A DNA stretch of 64,000 bases from Balanoglossus misakiensis. Taxonomy: Eukaryota; Animalia; Hemichordata. The stretch lies in the NCBI GenBank assembly GCA_040954595.2, contig CM082586.2:3764349-3828348 (forward strand), in the 5' to 3' direction. The translations under genes were made by a program, and so were the position numbers. A model generated the notes under the pieces. It had not been told where the DNA came from. It saw nothing but the letters and a program-made list of their open reading frames with translations, and did not search any database. Below, one piece after another: positions 54,739 to 64,000 of this stretch (position 1 is its first letter; every line of letters starts with the position of its first letter).

Positions 54739-57700
54739 CGTTGAAAAGTACTTCAGTATTGAGGAATGCATTGCATTGGTATACAGCATTATCAGAGCTT
54801 CTACAGTTGGTAAATCAATGAAGATGAACAAAGTGCAAATGTATAGAAAATCACTCGAACCCGATTAATCCATCTATTTTTTCACCTGAAATAATGAAAG
54901 AAAATTCACATATGATTCGTGTGTTTTTATAGAAAAAAACAGTGACTTATAGTGATACAGCACGCACAACCACTAAAATGCATTTTTAGGCATTTTCTTT
55001 TTACTGTTAAAACCTAAGAACCAGTGGATAATTAGATGTGTTGAAATGACGAGTTTGGCAGAGAAAATTTACATATCTTGGCAGCTGGTAGTTGGGAAAA
55101 AGTGATTTATAATGGTATGAATGATTGAGTTCACTATTTAGTGTAGGCCAACTATCATGTAGCTATCAGAAAATTGTGATTTTGGCCGTTTAACCGAACA
55201 TCGATTTTGACTTAGATTTGTCAGATGTGAAAAGCGCAATCCAGTGACAAGAGGGCTTACTTTGCTACTACATGTATTAGAAGAATGAAGATAGAAGATA
55301 AAATTAAATAAGACACAAATTATGAAAGGAAACAAATTTTACATTATGTCATTGGTGGTCACAAGTTGGTCAGTCTAGAGACTAGAATGCGTGCTGATAC
55401 CAGTACAGATTGCGTTGTGATTCTGAAAATGTAGACTGTAGTACTTGCTTCTCAGATAGTTTCCATTGTGAAATGGACTTTTAAGAAGAAGAAAAAAAAT
55501 GAAATGGGATGGACTGCTTGTGAAGTAGCCGAGGTTTTAAAATTTTAGTAAGGATGCTTTTTGGTAGGAAATGAAATGGTAAATATGCAAGGGATATTCG
55601 GTGTGAGTTTTTGATTACTTTGTACTAATATTTACTTATGAGCCTTTGAAGTTATGCAAAGACTAAAATAATTTGCTTCAAAATTTACTAATGATCCCAG
55701 CTGCTCACGGTTGTTTATTTCTGTCTATAATGTACAGCAATTGTGATTGAATCAGCAATAATAGCTTTAGTAGTGTGATTGGGTGTTTGTGGTGAATATG
55801 GCAGCCTTTTTGTGTAGGACAGCAAAAATATAGCTTTGCGCATAACAGCACATGAGGGTGTCGGTAATAAGATAATTTTAAGTCATGAAAATGATAATTT
55901 GCAGTTTTTTTATCCAATTTTTTCTTGTGTGTGAATTTTGCATCATAGAGTACAATATTTGGTGCTAGCATTGCCAGCATATCTCTTGTAATACCTGGGA
56001 AGTTTTCAGAAAATCAATCATAATCAAAGCTTGTGAACTTTGAATTAGGATGATTTACAAAATGATCCACTTCAGTGTCAATCTTGCAACTTGCTGTCTT
56101 ACCATGATCAGTTATTTCAGCCGTGGTATAGCGCACAAAAATGAAGAACTTTCAAGTATTTACATGTTTTTATTGCTTTTTCTGTGATTCATGTGTACTT
56201 CTGGAAAGTACTTGTGATTTTCCTTGAATCTAAACTGTAGCAGTTGCTGTGTTTTGAGTAGTGACAATTTCTGACTGTGACCTGAAAATTTCAGATAATG
56301 AACAACATGCAAGTACATCCCCTTTGTAACACGACGGTACATGCATAAAACAAGGGCAGCCATCTTGCCAAAAATCGCACACTTCAAAACGATGGATTGT
56401 TGAATGTAAGAGCTGCATTGTCAACACTGCATTTTTAGGTTTAGGTTTGACATCTGAGTGCAAATCATGAAAGGTTATTGTTTCTTTTTGCTTGAAATAT
56501 AAGTGCTTTAATAATTTTGATTTTGTAGTGTGTTATGCTTTCTGAAAGTTCTTGACATCCCGATGTGGAAGACAGTATACCAGGTACATGTTGAATTGTG
56601 CAAGTCAAACGACAGCTATTCTATCATTCATTCATTCATGCATGCATGGTCTGTGTTTATGTTTCCGAAAGTTGCGCCCTCAATACCCAAACTGTGAGGA
56701 TATTTCGTTTAGATATCGAGCAAGAAACTTAGAATGGTATTTCAAATAATTCTCAAAAGTAAACAATGTTGTCAAATGCCATCCGAAATAAGGTCTACTA
56801 CTTGGTTTCCCAATGCCAGTGGGGAAATCGCATTGTCCCCCAGGAGCCCATAACATGATTTGAAGAATGTCTGTGTTGCCGGACAGCAAAGGAACTTTCT
56901 CAAGACAATTGACAAAATTGTTCTGACGACTTGTTTTTATTAATGAACATAGCAGAGTGATCTGTCAGTTGGGTTTGCATGAGTTGTTAAGTTGACAAAC
57001 CACTTAATTGAAGTAAATTGCATGAGAACTTTGGGTCTGTAGGGGAAATCTGTGCATGTGCTGTACTACCAATGTATCCACGACACGAACACAAGTGACC
57101 TTGCATACACACCTGTTGAAACCCGGTACACAACATTCAAACTGCAATCGCTGTGCGATTGACAACATAAAGATTGTACACACCGAAGACAACAATGCGC
57201 AGGCACAAACACGGGTGTAAATTAATCAATGTGAAACACCAAATGATATCAACTGCCTTGCAATTATACACCTGCCGATGGTCCCCTGGTAGTAAAAACG
57301 TCAATGGTGCTTTTTATAGCCCATCCTTTCGACAAAGGTTCTTCTATGCGACATCGTAACTTTAGCCAATATATTCCTACTTATCAAGCTCTTTCAGTCA
57401 AGGGTAAGAATTTTACATGAAAATACGGGAAGGGATTCTCCCGGTCAGGAAAGATGGTTAAGAAATAAGAATCATCAATTTGTCAACTTCTCGCAACCCC
57501 ATGCCCACACTTACTACAAACAACATTAAGAAATCCAGTTGTTCATTTTCATACAATGTTTTATTTATAACAGTTTACATGTGATAAAATCAATAGATAT
57601 TATTCTGGTTCATTGCCATGGGAACCTGAGAATCTGATGAGAAAATACAAATGGATAGGTTATCTGTTGTCAAATGCCATCCGACAAAAAAGGGGTTTGG

Positions 57701-59793
57701 AAAATGAAACGCACTTCAAAAATATTGGTTGCATCTTTCCGTACACACAGCACAACAACTTAGCTGTTTTCTGTTGTTTTCCTCATTGATAAAAATTGAA
57801 CTTAACCGGAGTGTGCCATCCGTAGCATAAAATTCAATACTGTTGACATGGTTTAATACTTTATGGCTTCAAAGAACTGGAAAGCATCAACTTTGACCAC
57901 CGTCATTTTTACAAAAGCATGCCCACCATTTCTTAATTGTCACCCTGTGGAAATTTATCTCTACGAATGTCACCTAAATTTTGTCAGTTTTAAAGTGAAA
58001 GGGACAGTTTTTCTCACGTTTGAGACAAGAAATTATCAGCCTTTCTCAAAAATATAAAAATGAGCAAAAAGCAGTTTGCTAAAAACACAGGGTTGCTTTC
58101 AGAGCTGGGTCAATGCTTTGTAATGATCACTGTTAAAATGTTACAAAAAACTCGAGCCAAAATGTGTGAAAACATTTCATTATTTTTTTAGGGATGTGAA
58201 ATCCCACAAGAATTATACCTATTTTCTGTTGCCAATCTCAGCACCTTTGAAGTGAGCTAATAATATTGAAGGCAAGATGTAATTTCCCACTCTCTCACAT
58301 TTGAAAAAATGACTTGATAAAATTCTATTGAATAAATACATCTGGAATAAAAAAGATCAGATTTCATTGGTTCACCCCCACGTCCCTGTAAATGGATTCA
58401 ACCACATCACTGGAAAACAATGGGGAGAAACCACAAAGCTGGGTAGTGAAGGGGTTGTAGGTGTCGAGAAAAGAGGACGGATTTCGACAGAAAATGAAAT
58501 ATCACAATACAGATGAAATACTGTTTGTGAGACCAACACTAGATTCATACACTCATTCAAAATTGTCAGGTGTATTTCATGTGAATTTACAATTTTTGGG
58601 GGTGAAAAATGCTATGATTGTGCATTAAGTTTTTGTCACAATCTTTCAAAGTCATTTACAATTTATTATAGATTAATCAATTTCCAAGAGTTTGCAGGAG
58701 CAAATTTCATTTCTTCCAGGCTGTTCAGGTATTTCTTGGAGTGATTTCAAATTACACGACTTTCCAAGATTTTCAGGGAGTGTACAAATAAGGCACTTGC
58801 ATTAAAACTATATTTATTTTATGCTTGGTCATTCAGGATGAATTGTAAGAAGTAGGGGTATTACAGAGATATAGATTTAAAAAAATTTTCCAAATATTTG
58901 CTACTGTAAAATCTCTATAAGCCTACCTTTGAGCTGAAATTCAACAAAAAAATCCCACATTTGCTTGAATTGAATGTTCAGTTGCTTGTATTTATAAATG
59001 AAAAAAACCACTATTTTCCTCATGTCCAAAGACGATATTTTCAAATATTTCCATAATCATAATAACCTTGGGCCTCCCCTACCCTGATCTCACTCAAGCC
59101 ACCTGGGGCCCAACAATTTTTCTCTATCACGCACAATAGGAAATCATCATCTGCTGATTGTAAAACATGGCTTAAAAGCAATATAGTGGCAAAGGTCAGC
59201 ACTTATTGTTACTAGATTTAGTACAAATTGTTAAATAGTCGTAACTACATCTAACCAGTACCAACACATTAAAAAACAAAACAATATTAACCAATTTACA
59301 CTACTAAATGAAATATGATATTTTTTCACTTTTTGTACGTTCAAAAATTTTACATAAGAATGTTTTGATACAAAGGAAAACAATGATTCTTGTTTTTTCA
59401 AACAGTAGCACACCTGGGTAATAACATGTATCAATTTCTTTGTAATATTTAAATTGGCAACACAACCCAATTTAATGATATTTTGCACTAACTACTAACA
59501 ATATAAGATAAATATTGTATTTACATAGTGATATGTAGCTTATTAACAGTAAAATTCCTCTGTTTTTGTTTACAATTTTTTTCTGATAATTATTTACAAC
59601 TGGAGGGATGGAGGGATGGACGGACACTGCAGTCAGTCGGCCAAAGAACCTATGTCGGGGAATTCATTTAACAAAATTTCATGTGTAAATGGACACACTA
59701 ACATGACATCACTTTAACGGGTTCATTACATCATTTATTTTTGAATCTTCGGTTTGTGAACACAGATTGAACTACGACAAGGAGACCGGCATT

Positions 59794-62700
59794 TTAGATG
59801 TCATCGATTTTAGATTTATCGTCGACGTCATCATCGTCTTTTGGCTTATTGTCCGCGTTTGTCTCGGTTTCAGCCACGCTGAGGTCATCTCTAGGGGCCT
59901 CTGTTGGTGGTGCTTCTGAATCTCCTGCCACGGAGGCGTCGGGTTTGCGGTCGTCGTCTGCGTTCGTCTCGGTCTCCGCCACGCTGAAGTCGTCTTTTGG
60001 TAGTTCCGATGGCGGCGCTTCTGATTCCCCTGCCACCGAGGCGTTATCCTGAGTTGGTATCACCTCTTCCGGGACCTCCTCCTCCGGAGCGGCGTCCTGG
60101 TCCCGGTTCTCGTCGGGCAGCGCCTCGCTCGTCACGGGAGTTGGAGTGCGGTTGGCAGACTGTGGCGGGCTCCTCTGGGGCGTCGGGCCCTGCGACGACT
60201 TCGGGGTGTTCTGTTTGCTGGCTGTGGCGCTGGATATGGGGGCGGACTTTGGCCGACTGGTTGCAGAGTTTCCCTTCTCTGACAAGGCGGCGGGTGATTT
60301 AGGAGGGGGAGACTGATTCCGGGATGATCTTCCGCTCGGGGTCGGAGTCCTCTGGTGACTGTCTGCTCGGGATCTCATCTGTTGACAGAGACAGAAAACA
60401 TGAATTTCCGAATGTCTAGCAGAACAGCAAACAGCATGACCAAGAAATTTCAGCAAGCACACTCAACAATCCACACATCAATACAGCAATATGCCATGCA
60501 TGATGTTGATGTGACCTCACAGGAGCAATGATAAATACCCATAACTCGATACGTCATTGCAGTTCAATTCTATCTAACTACTATCTCCACTTCCTGCTTA
60601 AACACAGTAAAATCAAAGATTTTGCTGATAATTGACTCTGAGCCAAATGTCTTCCATAGGAACATACTTTCTTCCTGTTCTGTGAGCAAGATTCAAACTG
60701 TCGACAGTCAAGCTGTATCAAAATCCCGGCTGATTATTGTACATCCCTACTTTACCCTTTCATTATGACATTTTGGTATCACCCAGTCGATTAGAAATGA
60801 CTGGTGGAATATACACATTTCATTTGCAATTGTTTAATGAAGCACATGGAAGCAAGCAATTGAAAACAAAAATGCAACCAAAACATAGAACGGTAGAGAT
60901 CAACTAAACTTCTACATCTAATCTACAGGGAAAACATTACAGCTGACACAGCTAATAATATATAGCTTTTTACTATTATCAGGACTTACCCACACTGGGG
61001 GTGAAGTCGGGGACTAGCTATGCAAAGAAAAAAGATACATGCATGATGTATCACATCTTATCATTGACAAATCACCAGGGTTTCAACTATAGCTACAATG
61101 CACATTAAGATGTCGATGATAACTTGGACAGTGAGTTCACAAATTCATGGGCAGAGTCAAATACTTCAGTTCATTATATGTAATTTTTGTGCAATGTTTC
61201 ATACTAAGCAGTTTGCTGGTACCACTTGCTGTCTGTGCAAAAATGCTTGGCAACATTGTCACTATTCTGCTTGTTGCAGACTGGTCTCCAAAACAAGGTT
61301 GAGGACTCGGTGTAAACACCGATGTCTGCGGGAGTCTATCAAAAACAGTCCCTGCTACTTGATAGTTGTCATGCAGGGTGCTGCTGTTTTTCTCAAACAA
61401 TAAAAGTTCAACTGTGGAGTGTTTGGTCATAAGGGCACACCCATTGGCTTTAGTGTGTACATTTGTATCTTGTGTTTGAACGACACGATTGTGGTTGTCA
61501 AAAACACACATACAACAAAAATGTCACACTTTCCATCAATGGCCATGTTACCATCAGTGACATGATCACAATTTCTATCCAGAACACTGCTAAAAAAGAC
61601 ATATTTGAGAGCAGTGCACCAGGACACACATACATCCACAAATACAGTTCAAGGCAAGACCAATCTACTTATATATTTACACTGCAAAAGCACAGACGCA
61701 GCATTACATACATTGCTATTATCTACTACAGGCATCACTCTGGTATAACCACAGTCCAAAATTTTTGACGACGGATAACACATGATCTACAGCTAATCAC
61801 ACAGCAGCCAAGCATCTATGCGATCTACTGCTGGGAAAAAAATGACAAATCCCATGCAAGGTTGGTAGATTAATGATCAGCTATCAGTTTAAGGCATGTT
61901 TTTTTTCTCTTCAGAATGCTTATTTTAATTTTTTTTGCACTGTGTTAGTTGTAGCAATTGACAGTGTCAATGTCCATGCAGTTTATAATTTGGAAAAAAA
62001 ATGAACAAAAGCTCCATGCAGACTGAAAGGGATATATATGTATAATGCGAAATGAAAATGTAGTATATGGTGGAGATATACCCACTAATGCTTTGAGGTG
62101 CCATTGCTTATGCTTTGTCCGTCTGAAGCTCTCAACCCCAAACCCCGAGATGAGGGACTTCGACAGACATAGCATAGACAATGTAAGCCTCTCTGTCACT
62201 GGTGGGTACGTAGAGCGACTGCAGAGCCAAAACGCCGTAAAACAGATAGCCGAGCACTCAAATCTACCTACCAACATCCAATCACCATGGAAACCGCCAC
62301 CACAGCATTCTATATTCAACTCACTTGCTCGTCGGGCTCGGACTTGTTGTCCGACTCGGAGGCCTTGATGTCGTCGTCCCGCAACTCGGGCTCGTCGGCC
62401 GCCGGCTTGATGTCCTCCTCCTCGTCGACTTCCTCGGCTGTGACCTGATCGATCGGCAAATCGACCGCTGTATCCTTGTCCTCCCTCACCTCCGTTGCGT
62501 CTTGCGTCTCCTCGCGTTTTTCCTTAGCTTTGTAGACGCTGTTGGGATCTGATCACGAGAAAGGATTCCTGTCAGCTCTTGTGCTGTGTGCTTTTTTTGC
62601 GCATCACCAAACGAAAATGTGTGAACAGTATAGATCTCAACATTCCGTGGTAACTCCATCTCTGTATGCCCAACACTTTACAATGCAAAGACAAACAAAA

Positions 62701-63781
62701 CTGGCATACACGTACCTTCATCATATTTGAGGTGTTCCTCTTCCTTCTCGCGGCTGCGTTTGACGATGGTGGGCTTGGAGTGGAAGACGGACTCGGCCTC
62801 CGTCTTCTCCTCTGATTTCTTCTGGGTCTTCTTGACCCTCTTGTGGTGGTTGTTATTGTTGTAAGTTGTTGGTTTGGGTTTGGGTGCCTCTTCAGGGTCC
62901 TTGCCCCTTCGGATCGGCTATAGGTGAAAATTGCACACTCATTTATAGTACCTCTTTAGTACCTCTTTCTTAGGCTTGTTTACAACTACAACTCTATTGA
63001 GATGTGTCGTTTCAAGATCATTTCCCTATAAATGAGACTTTATCAGAAGTGATTGTAGACACCTCTTTGAAGATTGAAAGATTGACCTTGCAGCCATCTC
63101 AAAGGCAGCTAGCTTGCATTCTTCTTGAATCAATTGCCTGCATACATGAACCCTCTAACAAACCAGCGTTTATTCACAAACACAAAACGTACACATGTAG
63201 TTTGTAATGTATGATAAGTACAAGTGGTTAGATTTAGCTTTGAACTTCACAAATAATTTACACTATAAACTTTATTTTTGGTTCCATGCTATCACTGAGG
63301 AGTTTACCATGTGACATGGAACTTGTGATTTTCAACACTCCCTGTATATTACACTCTTGTTATAAAAGATGTCTTTCTTTCTTCTGTCGTGGTGCACAAT
63401 TTAAATGTCATTTCATTTCAGTGCACAATTACGAGAAAAGGTCAAATGAGCATGTTCAGAGCAAACGCTTCACTGCAACTGTAAAGCTCATTTGGGTTCC
63501 ACACAAGCGCGATGACAGTAGCATTCCTTTGAGTCCATACCGAAGGATTCAAATTGCTAGGCAACAGTTGCTATGGGGACTCTTCACAAAATCCATGTGA
63601 AAATGCAAAGTTTTGAAGTGACATATTTTTTTTGAGACATGGAGAATCTTTGTAGAAGGGTATTGTATATATTTCTCAGGGTATAGTATCTTTAATTAAC
63701 TGTTTTACCTTCTGTCCAATTGGCTGTGTTTGTAATGCTCTTGCTGGTGGAGGCCTTGGTCTGTTCAGTGGTGGCAAAGTC
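59794..63781 (-). CDS. 3' exons of an unidentified gene with a Pro/Ser/Glu/Asp-rich, probably disordered C-terminus (exons ~63781-63709, ~62917-62716, 62548-62325, possible micro-exon 61013-60990, 60379-59794); 5' part is outside the window
   Basis: GC-rich exons with GT-AG ends join in frame: TLPPLNRPRPPPARALQTQPIGQK|PIRRGKDPEEAPKPK...EHLKYDE|DPNSVYKAKEK...EPDEQ|MRSRADSHQRTPTPSGRSSRNQSPPPK...KIDDI*. No domain recognised. Confidence 0.75.
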
Positions 63782-64000
63782 CTACAAAAATGGAAAAAAA
63801 TTTTCATGTTGCATAAAAAAACACCCACTCATGTACGTGCTAATGAGTTACACCCATACCGCTTAAGATGCCAATGACTGAATGAAAGATATTATCTGGT
63901 TCAAGATGTAATTCTATCACTCCTTGAAATCAACAATATTTAAGAAAGTAGGGGTTTGTCACCACAAGTGCCCTCGTGCTCGACGACCACATCTGCCAAC

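Noticed and set aside
56700-58060. Possible nested TE remnants (tgttgtcaaatgccatccga at ~56768 and ~57665; partial IR ~56960-57000 / ~57479-57510)
   Set aside because: Boundaries, TIRs and TSD could not be defined by eye.

Overview
Intron-rich animal genomic DNA (AT-rich, GT-AG introns, microsatellites, many small non-autonomous DNA transposons). It is probably a marine invertebrate, but that is inference from gene and repeat style only. Gene order: first coding exon and >10 kb first intron of an IRS-like PH-domain gene (-); an intron-containing NADPH-dependent FMN reductase (+); UNC-45 (-); two tandem paralogues (-) joining a Crypton-derived DUF3504-like (KCTD1/QRICH1/ZMYM-type) degenerate tyrosine-recombinase domain to a C-terminal Ikaros/Hunchback-type zinc-finger pair; SLC2A8/GLUT8 (+); a ~2.9 kb foldback element ending ~45 bp before the MRPS14 start codon; EEF1A (+); MPV17 (-); ADA (+); and the 3' exons of an unidentified low-complexity protein gene (-). 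The most novel-looking item is the DUF3504/Ikaros-finger gene pair. Both copies have lost recombinase catalytic motifs and share candidate LC8-binding motifs, and a palindromic Crypton-like non-autonomous element lies ~10 kb away. All calls come from manual reading and recalled family motifs; no database search was run.
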